From Vicinamibacteria bacterium (lineage in GTDB: Bacteria; Acidobacteriota; Vicinamibacteria; Vicinamibacterales; CAVVIG01): a DNA stretch of 60,725 bases. The stretch spans positions 1 through 60,725 of the forward strand of contig JBGPKK010000005.1 of the NCBI GenBank assembly GCA_041485905.1, in the 5' to 3' direction. Position 1 is the stretch's first letter. The number at the start of each line of letters is the position of its first letter. Of this stretch, positions 52,154 to 60,725 are shown piece after piece. Made by a program: the position numbers and the translations under genes. Below the pieces are notes generated by a model. The model ran no database searches. It was given only the letters and a program-made list of their open reading frames with translations, and was not told the DNA's origin.

Positions 52154-53761
52154 ATGGCTATTAGTCGCCGCGAGCTCACGCAAGTCTTCAGCGGAGCGAG
52201 ATTCCACGAAGTAGAATTGTCTGTTTCCGTGAAGAAGATCCTCATCGCCAACCGCGGCGAGATCGCCGTGCGCATTATCCGCGCGTGCCGCGAGATGGGC
52301 GTGTCGCCGGTCGCCGTGTACTCGGAGTGCGACCGCACGGCGCTCCACGTCCGCTACGCCGATGAGGCGTATCCCATCGGGCCGAGCGCGCCGCGCGAGA
52401 GCTACCTGCGCGCGGACCGAATCCTCGACGCCGCGCGGCGTGCGGGCGCCGACGCCGTCCATCCCGGCTACGGATTTCTGGCCGAGAACGACCGATTCGC
52501 TGCGGCCGTTCGCGACGCCGGCCTGACGTTCATCGGCCCGGCGCCGGAAGCCATCGCGCTGATGGGCAACAAGACGGCCGCGCGCGCCGCCGCCAGGCGG
52601 GCGGGTGTTCCGGTCGTCCCGGGCACCGAGGAGCCGCTTGCCGCAACGATGGGTGACGCCGACCTTGCGCGGACTGCGGACGAAGTCGGCTATCCACTGC
52701 TGGTCAAGGCCGTCTCTGGCGGCGGCGGCAAGGGGATGCGGACGGTCACCGAGCGCGCCGAGCTGGCCACCTCCGTCGCCGCCGCACGATCCGAAGCCGG
52801 CACGGCGTTCGGCGATGCCGCGGTGTATTTCGAGCGGCGTCTGACACGGCCCCGGCACGTCGAGGTGCAGGTGCTCGGCGACCAGTTCGGCACCGTCGTG
52901 CCGTTTGTCGAGCGCGAATGCTCGATTCAGCGCCGCCATCAGAAGGTCGTCGAGGAGACGCCGTCGCTCGCTGTCTCGCCCTCGCTACGGCAGGCGCTGA
53001 CGTCGGCCGCCGCGGCCGTTGCGCGATCGGTCGGCTACACGAGTGCCGGCACCGTCGAGTTCCTGCTGGACGAGGATGGCCGTTTTTATTTCCTCGAGAT
53101 GAACACGCGACTGCAGGTCGAGCACCCGATCACTGAACTGGTGACCGGCGTCGATCTCGTGCACTGGCAGATCCGAATCGCGCGCGGCGAACGCCTCGAC
53201 ATCGATCCGGAAGCGGTGCTCGTGCCCAAGGGTCATGCGATTGAATGCCGCGTCTATTCGGAAGATCCGGACAACAACTTTCTGCCCTCGCCCGGACGCA
53301 TCCTGCAGCTTCGCGCGCCGGCGGGTCCGGGGATTCGCGACGACAGCGGCGCCAGCGCCGGCTTTGAGGTGCCCATCTTCTACGACCCGATGATCTCGAA
53401 GCTGGCCGCCTGGGCCGAGGATCGCCCCCAGGCGCTCGCGCGCATGCGCCGCGCGCTCGACGAGTATCTGGTCACGGGGATTAAGACCACACTGCCGTTC
53501 TTCAGTTGGCTGCTGAGTGAGCCGGCGTTCGTCGAAGGCCGATTTCACACCACATATCTCGACGAACAGCTGGCGGCGCGCAACGGCCGACCCTTCACCG
53601 AGCCGCCGCCGGAAGCCGAGGAGATTGCGACGATCGCCGCCGCAATCCACAGGACGATGGCCGGGACGCCCTCTGCGACGCCGGGCCGGCCGACGACCGA
53701 TCGATGGAAGGGGCAGGCGCGTCTGGATGGTTTGCGCCCCGATATCGCCAGTGTGAAATGA
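52154..53761 (+). CDS. accC: biotin carboxylase subunit of an acyl-CoA carboxylase
   Basis: KILIANRGEIAVRIIRA, GYPLLVKAVSGGGGKGMR, EMNTRLQVEHP. The true start may be GTG 52229. There is no BCCP domain in this ORF. Confidence 0.93.
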   Translation: MAISRRELTQVFSGARFHEVELSVSVKKILIANRGEIAVRIIRACREMGVSPVAVYSECDRTALHVRYADEAYPIGPSAPRESYLRADRILDAARRAGADAVHPGYGFLAENDRFAAAVRDAGLTFIGPAPEAIALMGNKTAARAAARRAGVPVVPGTEEPLAATMGDADLARTADEVGYPLLVKAVSGGGGKGMRTVTERAELATSVAAARSEAGTAFGDAAVYFERRLTRPRHVEVQVLGDQFGTVVPFVERECSIQRRHQKVVEETPSLAVSPSLRQALTSAAAAVARSVGYTSAGTVEFLLDEDGRFYFLEMNTRLQVEHPITELVTGVDLVHWQIRIARGERLDIDPEAVLVPKGHAIECRVYSEDPDNNFLPSPGRILQLRAPAGPGIRDDSGASAGFEVPIFYDPMISKLAAWAEDRPQALARMRRALDEYLVTGIKTTLPFFSWLLSEPAFVEGRFHTTYLDEQLAARNGRPFTEPPPEAEEIATIAAAIHRTMAGTPSATPGRPTTDRWKGQARLDGLRPDIASVK

Positions 53762-53762
53762 C

Positions 53763-54281
53763 ATGCAGCACGAGGTGGACATCGGCGGACGCGTCCGCAC
53801 AGTCATCGTCACGCGCTCGGGCGACGGTTTTGCAGTCGAGGTGGACGGCCGCACCAGAACCGTTGACGCCACGCGCATCGATGCGCACACGCTGTCACTC
53901 TTGGTGGGCGAGGTGTGGCCGGATCACGATACAGGCGGCAAAAGCTACGAGGTTGCCCTCTCGCAGGCGGGGCCGGCGCAGCTGATGGTACACGTCGGCA
54001 GGTACGCGTTTCCTGTCAGACTGAGTGGCCGGCGGCGGAAAGACGAGGCAGGACCTGCCGGCGAAGGACCGCAGCGGATCGTGGCGCCGATGCCCGGCAA
54101 AGTGATCCGCATCCTCGTCCGATCAGGGGAGGCCGTGGGTGCACGCCAGCCGCTCGTCGTCGTCGAAGCGATGAAGATGGAAAACGAGCTGCGGGCCGCG
54201 CGCGAGGGGACCGTCGCCGCGATATATGTGACGGAAGGCGCGTCGGTCGATGCCGGCGCGCCGCTGATTGACATCTTGTGA
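53763..54281 (+). CDS. biotin carboxyl carrier (biotinyl-domain) protein
   Basis: C-terminal APMPGKV and VVVEAMKMENEL biotinylation motif. Confidence 0.88.
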   Translation: MQHEVDIGGRVRTVIVTRSGDGFAVEVDGRTRTVDATRIDAHTLSLLVGEVWPDHDTGGKSYEVALSQAGPAQLMVHVGRYAFPVRLSGRRRKDEAGPAGEGPQRIVAPMPGKVIRILVRSGEAVGARQPLVVVEAMKMENELRAAREGTVAAIYVTEGASVDAGAPLIDIL

Positions 54282-57200
54282 ACCTGTACACCTGGCTTCG
54301 ACACCACGCGGCGTACCGCTACGTCAGGATCACGCTGGGCGTGGCGGCGGCGATTCTCGCCGTCTTTCTCGTCACGTTGATCACCGTTGATCTGGGACGC
54401 GTCTCGGTGCCGTTCCTGGAAACGGATGCCAGCGGCAGCTTTAGGTTTTGCGCGAGATGCAGGATCAACCTGCAGCAGTACGCGGAGACACTGGGCAGGA
54501 ACACGTGGAAGCGCCCGATCCACATCGGGCGGCTGAGCGTCCGCTTGCTGACCGGCCACATCCTCGTCGAGAATTTCTCAATCGAAGGGCTGCGGCCGAC
54601 GGACCGTCCCTTCTTTACAGCCAACCGCCTCGAGGTGACCCTCGACTGGACGACCCTGATGCGGCGCGAGGTCACCATTACCTCTGTTGACATGACCGAC
54701 TGGCAGATGCTGGCGGAGAAGTGGGAAAACCGGAACAGCTTTCCGAAATTCACCAACGACGACCAGCAGCAGGATCAGGGGCCGAAGCGCTTTACGACGA
54801 CGCTCAAGTATCTGCGGGCGTGGCGGGGCCAGTTCGCGTACGAGGACCACGAAGCGCCCTGGAGCATCGTCGCTCGCAATCTCGAGATCAACATCGGCAA
54901 TCTCCCCTCGTACCACGGCACGGCCACGTTCAGCGGCGGTACCGTCGCGATTCAGAATGACGTGCCGTTCGGCGCCAGCATGAAGGCGCGGTTCACCCTT
55001 GACGGCGGCCGCGTGCACCTCGAGCGCGTCGACTTCGAGACCGACGGCGCGAAAACCACCGCGACCGGCGACGTCGATCTCGGACACTGGCCCGAGCAGC
55101 GCTATCAGTTCAAGTCGCGTGTGCAGTTTCCACGCATGCGTCAGATTTTCTTCAAGGACGAACGCTGGGAGCTGGCCGGAGACGGTGACTTCACCGGCAC
55201 GTTCCATCTGTTCAAAGGCGGACACGATCTCGCCGGGACGTTCGCCAGCGCGACGATCGGCGTCAACGAGTACCGGTTTCCCGAGCTGTATGGCTCGCTG
55301 CACTGGACGCGGACGGCGCTCGACATCACCAACGCGGGGGCGAAGCTGTTCGGCGGCGACGGGCGATTCACCTATTCGATGCAGCCGCTCGGCTCCATGG
55401 TTCGGCCGACTGCGCGGTTCGAGGCTAGCTTCGACGGTGTGGACGTGCCATCGTTCACCGACTTCGAGCAGCTCAAAGGTCTTCGCTTCGCTGGCACCGC
55501 GGCGGCCGACCATGTGGTGCTCGAATGGCCCCTGGGCCGGTTCGACCAACATCGAGGCAGCGGACACCTCTTCGTCACGCCCCCGGCCGGGACCCAGCCG
55601 ATGACCGCCGCGCGTCCTTCGACAGGCTCAGGACGCCCTGAGGCTCTCGAAGGGCGCGCCGCCGACCCTTCGACAAGCTCAGGGTCGTCCCGAGCCCAGT
55701 CGAGGGACGATCGCAGCCGCGCGCTTCGCGAGTGGGGGCCGTTCGCGCCGATTCCGCTGCCGCGCCATCTTCCCGTCGCCGGCGAGCTGACCTATCGCTT
55801 CGATCCCGGGCAGGTGTACATCGAGCCGAGCCGGTTCGCGACCGAGCACACCGACGTCACGTTTCAGGGATCGACCGCCTGGGGCGACCGATCGCTGCTG
55901 GCGTTTCACGTCACGAGCAGCGACTGGCAGGAAAGCGACCAGGTGCTGGCTGGGCTGATGACCGATTTCGGCGCGGCGACCAGTCCCGTCACCTTCGGCG
56001 GCCGTGGCGAGTTCGACGGGACGATGACCGGTCCGTTCCGGAAGCCCCGCGTGGAAGGCGAGTTCAGCGGCGAGGACTTGCGCGGATTCGATACCGTGTG
56101 GGGCGCCGGCGAGGCACACATTCTGGTCGACAACGGCTACGTGCGCGTCACCGACGGGATCGTCAAACAGAACGATTCCGACATGCGATTCGATGGGCTG
56201 TTCTCGCTCGGGTTCCCGCGAGACGATGGCGGCGAGGAGATCAACGCGCGTATTCGCGTGGTGCGTCGCGACGTCGATTCGCTGCGACATGCGTTCGGGA
56301 TCGACGACTACCCGGTGTCGGGCCTGCTCTCAGGCGAATTCCACCTCACGGGCGAATACCTGCGTCCGGTCGGTTTTGGCGGGATGACGCTCGAGAAACT
56401 GGTGGCGTACGGCGAGCCCTTTGATGCGGCAACCGCCTCGTTGCGGTTCGACGGCTTGGGCGTGCGGCTCGACGACCTGAGGGTGGACAAGGCCGGCGGC
56501 ACGATCACCGGGGCAGCGTTCATCGGATGGGACGCGACTTATTCCTTCAACGTCGACGGCCGGCGCATCCCTGTCGAGAAGATTTCCAAGCTCGCCTACG
56601 CCCGGGCGCGGCTGTCGGGGATCGCGGAATTGTCGGCCAGCGGTAGCGGCACGTTCGACCAGCCCCGCAACGACTACAAGTTCCGCGTGAACGATCTGTT
56701 CATCGGCGAAGAAGGCGTCGGTCAGGTGACCGGCTCGCTCGTGCTTCGAGGAGCGGCGCTCGGCGGAGAGATCGACGCGGCGTCGCCCCGCCTGGCGATT
56801 ACCGCGACCGGTCAGGTCGCCATGACCGCGCGGGCCGAGTCGGACATCACGGTCCGGTTTCACGACATGTCGCTCGATCCCTACGTCCGGCCGTTCGTGC
56901 CGCGCCTGTCCCCATTCACCACGGCGGTCGCGAGCGGATCGATGCGCATCGCCGGACGTCTGACCGACATCGACCACCTGGTGGTCGACGGCAGGATTGA
57001 CAGCCTGGACATGCGGTTGTTCGACTACGCGTTGAAGAACGCGGCGCCCATCCGGATTTCGCTCGACGATCGGGTGGTCACGCTCGAGGGCCTCGAGTTA
57101 ATCGGCGAGGACACACGGCTGCGCGTGGCCGGCACCATCGGGCTGGGCGACGAGCGGATCGCCCTGCAGGCGCAGGGCGACGCGAACCTCGGCATCCTGC

Positions 57201-58510
57201 AGGCCTTCTTTCGCAGCGACCTCCGCGGATCGGGCCACGCCGAGCTGACGGCGGCGATCAGCGGTCCGCTTCGCGAGCCGGTGTTTTCCGGCCGCGCCAC
57301 GATCACCGATGGACGCATCCGCCACTTTTCCCTGCCGCACTCCCTCGACGCGATCAACGGCGTCATCCAGTTCGATGCCAACGGCATCCGTCTCGACGAG
57401 CTGACGGCGACCATGGGCGGGGGCCCTGTGCAGTTCGGTGGCCGGATCGGCTTCGAGGGCTACGGGCCGGGCGAGTTGAACGTCACGGTGCGCGGCAGCG
57501 ACGTGCAACTGCGATATCCCGAAGGGGTGCGATCGGTGATCGACGCCGATCTCGCCGTTCGCGGGAATTTCAAAGCGCCGACGATCGGCGGCACGGTCAC
57601 CGTGAAAAGCGCCGTGTACACGAAGCGGATTGACGCCCCGGAAACACTCCTGGATTTCGCGTTCCGCCGCTCTGCGGACGTGAGTGCCGGCGCGGTCGAC
57701 GTGCCGACGGCCGCGGCGACGATCCCGCTGAGATTCGACCTGCGGATCGTGGTGCCGTCGACGCTGCGCATCGACAACAACCTCGCCCGCGGCGTCGCCA
57801 GCGCGGATCTCACGCTGCGGGGGACCTACGATCGGCCGGTCTGGTTTGGCCACGCGCAGGTGGAGCGCGGCGAGCTGACGTATAAAGGCAAACGGTATCG
57901 CGTGACGAGAGGGACGATCGATTTCACCAACCCGACGCGCGTGGAACCGTTCTTCGACATCGAGGCCGAAACCAACGTGCGCGTCGCCGGCCAGAATTAT
58001 CGCCTCACCGCGGGTGTGACCGGGGCGACAGAGAAGAAGCTCGTGCCCTCGCTCAGCTCCGATCCGCCGCTGCCGGCGGCCGACATCCTCGCGCTGCTCT
58101 TCAGCGATGTTCGCCGGACCGGGGATGTCGAGCTGCGCACGTTGAACCCGACCCAGCGGCAAGCGGATCTGATCTCGGCCAACGCCGCGGAGACCATCGC
58201 CAAGCCGATCGCGGATGCCGGCAAGGTCGTGCAGCGGGCCGTCGGCGTCGACACGTTTCAGCTCACGCCGTTCCTGACCGATGTGAACAGCACGCAGGCC
58301 TCGCGGCTCAATCCCACGGCGCGGCTGACCATCGGCAAGCGCATCTCGGACCGCGTCTATCTGACGTTCTCGCGAAGCCTGGCCTCGTCGATCAACGATC
58401 AGATCATCCTGCTGGAATACGACGCCAACGAGCGGATGTCGTGGATGCTGTCGCGCAACGAGGATCAGCAGACCTACGCGCTTGAGTTCCGCGTGAGGCA
58501 TGCGTTCTGA
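54278..58510 (+). CDS. tamB: translocation and assembly module protein TamB (AsmA-like)
   Basis: N-terminal TM anchor, 1410-aa beta-rich body, DUF490-like C-terminus (LLEYDANERMSWMLSRNEDQQTYALEFRVRHAF). Confidence 0.85.
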   Translation: MNLYTWLRHHAAYRYVRITLGVAAAILAVFLVTLITVDLGRVSVPFLETDASGSFRFCARCRINLQQYAETLGRNTWKRPIHIGRLSVRLLTGHILVENFSIEGLRPTDRPFFTANRLEVTLDWTTLMRREVTITSVDMTDWQMLAEKWENRNSFPKFTNDDQQQDQGPKRFTTTLKYLRAWRGQFAYEDHEAPWSIVARNLEINIGNLPSYHGTATFSGGTVAIQNDVPFGASMKARFTLDGGRVHLERVDFETDGAKTTATGDVDLGHWPEQRYQFKSRVQFPRMRQIFFKDERWELAGDGDFTGTFHLFKGGHDLAGTFASATIGVNEYRFPELYGSLHWTRTALDITNAGAKLFGGDGRFTYSMQPLGSMVRPTARFEASFDGVDVPSFTDFEQLKGLRFAGTAAADHVVLEWPLGRFDQHRGSGHLFVTPPAGTQPMTAARPSTGSGRPEALEGRAADPSTSSGSSRAQSRDDRSRALREWGPFAPIPLPRHLPVAGELTYRFDPGQVYIEPSRFATEHTDVTFQGSTAWGDRSLLAFHVTSSDWQESDQVLAGLMTDFGAATSPVTFGGRGEFDGTMTGPFRKPRVEGEFSGEDLRGFDTVWGAGEAHILVDNGYVRVTDGIVKQNDSDMRFDGLFSLGFPRDDGGEEINARIRVVRRDVDSLRHAFGIDDYPVSGLLSGEFHLTGEYLRPVGFGGMTLEKLVAYGEPFDAATASLRFDGLGVRLDDLRVDKAGGTITGAAFIGWDATYSFNVDGRRIPVEKISKLAYARARLSGIAELSASGSGTFDQPRNDYKFRVNDLFIGEEGVGQVTGSLVLRGAALGGEIDAASPRLAITATGQVAMTARAESDITVRFHDMSLDPYVRPFVPRLSPFTTAVASGSMRIAGRLTDIDHLVVDGRIDSLDMRLFDYALKNAAPIRISLDDRVVTLEGLELIGEDTRLRVAGTIGLGDERIALQAQGDANLGILQAFFRSDLRGSGHAELTAAISGPLREPVFSGRATITDGRIRHFSLPHSLDAINGVIQFDANGIRLDELTATMGGGPVQFGGRIGFEGYGPGELNVTVRGSDVQLRYPEGVRSVIDADLAVRGNFKAPTIGGTVTVKSAVYTKRIDAPETLLDFAFRRSADVSAGAVDVPTAAATIPLRFDLRIVVPSTLRIDNNLARGVASADLTLRGTYDRPVWFGHAQVERGELTYKGKRYRVTRGTIDFTNPTRVEPFFDIEAETNVRVAGQNYRLTAGVTGATEKKLVPSLSSDPPLPAADILALLFSDVRRTGDVELRTLNPTQRQADLISANAAETIAKPIADAGKVVQRAVGVDTFQLTPFLTDVNSTQASRLNPTARLTIGKRISDRVYLTFSRSLASSINDQIILLEYDANERMSWMLSRNEDQQTYALEFRVRHAF
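55616..55706. repeat. two in-frame palindromic units inside tamB
   Basis: CCTTCGACAGGCTCAGG ACGC CCTGAGGCTCTCGAAGG (55616-55654) and CCCTTCGACAAGCTCAGGG TCGT CCCGAGCCCAGTCGAGGG (55666-55706). They encode PSTGSG...PSTSSG. Confidence 0.8.
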
Positions 58511-60725
58511 TGCGAGGTGCTTCGATTCAGACGACGCGAAGGTTTCCGAGGTACCCGGAATACGTCTGCCACAGAGGCACAAAGTCACGGAGACGTGAGC
58601 GGCGGCCGACGCTTCGTCGGCGCCCCGTCGCTCTGGCGATATTCCTCTGCGCCCTCTGCGCGCTCGACGCGCAGGCGGCCGTCGACGACTACCTCGGCAA
58701 GCCGATCGCCTCCGTCCGTCTCGTCGTCGAAGGACGCGAGACGACGGACGTGGCGATCGCGCGGGTGATCGAAACCCGCGTCGGCGAGCCGCTCGCGATG
58801 CCGGCGGTCCGCGAGACCATCACGCATCTGTACAGTCTGGGCCGCTTCGACGATGTGCGGGTTGATGCCTCGTCTGTCGACGCCGTCCACGTCGCGCTTC
58901 GCTACGAGCTCAGTCCCATTCATCCGGTGACGAGCATCAGGTTCGCCGGCGGGCTCACCACTCCCGGTATCGACACCGGACAGTTGCGCAGAGCGGTCGT
59001 CGATCGCTTTGGCACGTCGCCGCCGGTCGCGCGCGCCGCCGATGCCGCGCAGGTGGTCAGCGAGGTCTTGCGTGAACGCGGGTACCTGTCGGCCGACGTC
59101 AAGCCGCGTATCGACATCGCCCACGACCCGGATCGGGCGACGCTGGTCTTCACGATTGCGCCCGGCCCGCGCACGTCCATCGGCGCCATCGACATCGTGG
59201 GCACGCCGACCGTGCCGCGTCAGGCTCTGCTCGATCGTCTCGGGCTCGGGCCTGGGGTTCCGTACCAGCGCGACGCGCTCAACGCCCGCATCGACAAATA
59301 CATCGCGGAGCGCCGCAAGGCCGGGTACTACGAAGCAAAGGTGACGGCGACCCCCGCGTTCGCCGACGGTGGGCGCGTGGCGAATCTGACGCTCACCCTG
59401 ATGCCCGGACCGCACGTCCGCGTGGCGTTTGCCGGCGATCGGCTGCCGTCCGACAAGCGCGACGAGCTGGTTCAGATTGAGCGCGAAGGATCGATCGACG
59501 AGGATCTGCTCGAGGATTCGACGAATCGCATCGAGGACTCTCTGCGCGCGCAGGGCTACCGTGACGCGAAAGCGCCGCATGCGCGCCAGGAGTCGGGCGG
59601 CGAGCTGCTGATCACCTTTACGGTCGCGCGCGGACTGCAGTACCGCGTCGATCGCGTGCAGATTTCCGGCAACCCGTCGGTCCCGTTGTCGGATTTCGAA
59701 GCGGCGCTGCGGCTGCACGACGGCGATCCGTTTGCCGAGTCGAAGCTCGACGCCGATCGGTCGACCATCCAGGAGGTGTACCGTCGCCGCGGGTTCGCCG
59801 CTGCGAAGACGCAGGCGGCCGAGGAGCCCCAGCCAGCCGCGGCGGGCGCGGCGTTCATCCCGCTCGATGTGCGCATCGTTGTCAACGAAGGGCCGCGAAC
59901 CGTGGTGACTGCTGTGCGCATTCAGGGCAACGCCTCGGTCCTGGAGGCGATCTTGAGGGACGGTCTGGGCCTGCAGCCCGGGCGGCCGTACCTCGACACG
60001 CAGCTGGTGACGGATCGCGACCTGATTCGCCAGCAATACCTCAATCGGGGATACGCCAACGCGACGGTCGACGCGAGACCGAATTTCAGCGCAGACCGCA
60101 GCCGCGCCGAGCCGCTGTTCACCGTCGACGAGGGTCCGCAGATATTCGTCGACCACGTGTTGATCGTCGGCAACGTGCGGACGAGCACAGAGACCATCGA
60201 TCGCGAACTGCAAATCAAGCCGGGCGACGTGCTGAGCGAGGCCGCCACGATCGAGAGCCGCCGCCGGCTGCTGACGCTGGGCCTCTTCCGCCGGGTGCAG
60301 ATCACGGTGCTCGGCCACGGCGACGACGCGAAGCGCGATCTGATCGTGACCGTCGAGGACGCGCCGGCGACGACCGTCGTGCTCGGCGGCGGCATGGAGG
60401 CCGGGCTGCGAGTTGTCCGGACGACTGAGGCGGGCAGCGCGGCGTCGGAGCGGCTCGAGTTCGCGCCGCGCGGATCGTTCGAGATCGCGCGCCGGAATCT
60501 GTTCGGGAAGAACCGCTCGGTGAGTCTCTTCACCAGCGTCAGCGTGCATCTGCAGCCTTCGCAGAACTCGGAGGTGTTTACCGATACGGGCAGCACGAGG
60601 AGCGACGCGTTTGCCTTCCCCGAATATCGCGTACTCGGGACGTATCGCGAACCAAAGCTCTTCAACACTGGCGCCGACGCCTTCATCACCGGCACCTTCG
60701 TGCAGCAGGTCCGCTCGAGCTTCAA
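58510..60725 (+). CDS. bamA: BamA/TamA-family (Omp85) outer-membrane protein, 3' end cut by window edge
   Basis: Hand-translated; absent from the ORF track because the frame stays open to the window end. ATG 58510 overlaps the tamB stop (TGATG). Signal ALAIFLCALCALDAQA. Repeated POTRA-like units (IRFAGG, IDIVGT, VQISGN, VRIQGN, VLIVGN). Confidence 0.8.
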   Translation, partial: MRGASIQTTRRFPRYPEYVCHRGTKSRRRERRPTLRRRPVALAIFLCALCALDAQAAVDDYLGKPIASVRLVVEGRETTDVAIARVIETRVGEPLAMPAVRETITHLYSLGRFDDVRVDASSVDAVHVALRYELSPIHPVTSIRFAGGLTTPGIDTGQLRRAVVDRFGTSPPVARAADAAQVVSEVLRERGYLSADVKPRIDIAHDPDRATLVFTIAPGPRTSIGAIDIVGTPTVPRQALLDRLGLGPGVPYQRDALNARIDKYIAERRKAGYYEAKVTATPAFADGGRVANLTLTLMPGPHVRVAFAGDRLPSDKRDELVQIEREGSIDEDLLEDSTNRIEDSLRAQGYRDAKAPHARQESGGELLITFTVARGLQYRVDRVQISGNPSVPLSDFEAALRLHDGDPFAESKLDADRSTIQEVYRRRGFAAAKTQAAEEPQPAAAGAAFIPLDVRIVVNEGPRTVVTAVRIQGNASVLEAILRDGLGLQPGRPYLDTQLVTDRDLIRQQYLNRGYANATVDARPNFSADRSRAEPLFTVDEGPQIFVDHVLIVGNVRTSTETIDRELQIKPGDVLSEAATIESRRRLLTLGLFRRVQITVLGHGDDAKRDLIVTVEDAPATTVVLGGGMEAGLRVVRTTEAGSAASERLEFAPRGSFEIARRNLFGKNRSVSLFTSVSVHLQPSQNSEVFTDTGSTRSDAFAFPEYRVLGTYREPKLFNTGADAFITGTFVQQVRSSF

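Noticed and set aside
58585-60725. 654-aa and 267-aa minus-strand ORFs
   Set aside because: They are antisense shadows of the + strand BamA-like gene. That gene has a signal peptide and POTRA-like repeats but is missing from the track because it runs off the window.

Overview
High-GC bacterial chromosomal window. It is probably from an Acidobacteriota-like soil organism; this is an inference from the CarboxypepD_reg, PEGA and TPR lipoproteins, the ECF sigma factors and the tamB-bamA pairing. I call about 58 protein-coding genes. I saw no rRNA, tRNA, CRISPR array or transposase. Most genes are housekeeping: mtgA, msrA, uvrA, lpxC, lysA, tmk, comF-rsfS-nadD-obg-rpmA-rplU, dprA-topA-trmFO-xerC, hslVU, tal, an acyl-CoA carboxylase set (carboxyltransferase, biotin carboxylase, BCCP) and tamB followed by a BamA-like gene. 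A 13-kb regulatory and envelope block at 31.9-45.3 kb carries an NtrC/NtrB-like pair, a GAF kinase with an HTH-REC regulator and an ABC-F ATPase, and an ECF sigma with its anti-sigma. Items worth a second look: (1) a tightly coupled operon of ECF sigma, STAS protein, an 88-aa helical protein and a radical SAM enzyme with an unusual domain order and Cys motif; (2) short palindromic repeat units sitting in frame inside uvrA, trmFO, an ABC-F gene and tamB, with related copies in intergenic DNA; (3) a recurring intergenic hairpin architecture built from tandem 6-9 nt words; (4) an AT-richer islet of stacked small membrane ORFs; (5) a HigB/HigA-like toxin-antitoxin islet splitting the carboxylase gene set; (6) a decayed Ser/Thr kinase remnant; (7) an orphan U-tract terminator upstream of dprA. 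All functional calls rest on motifs read by eye; no database search was run.
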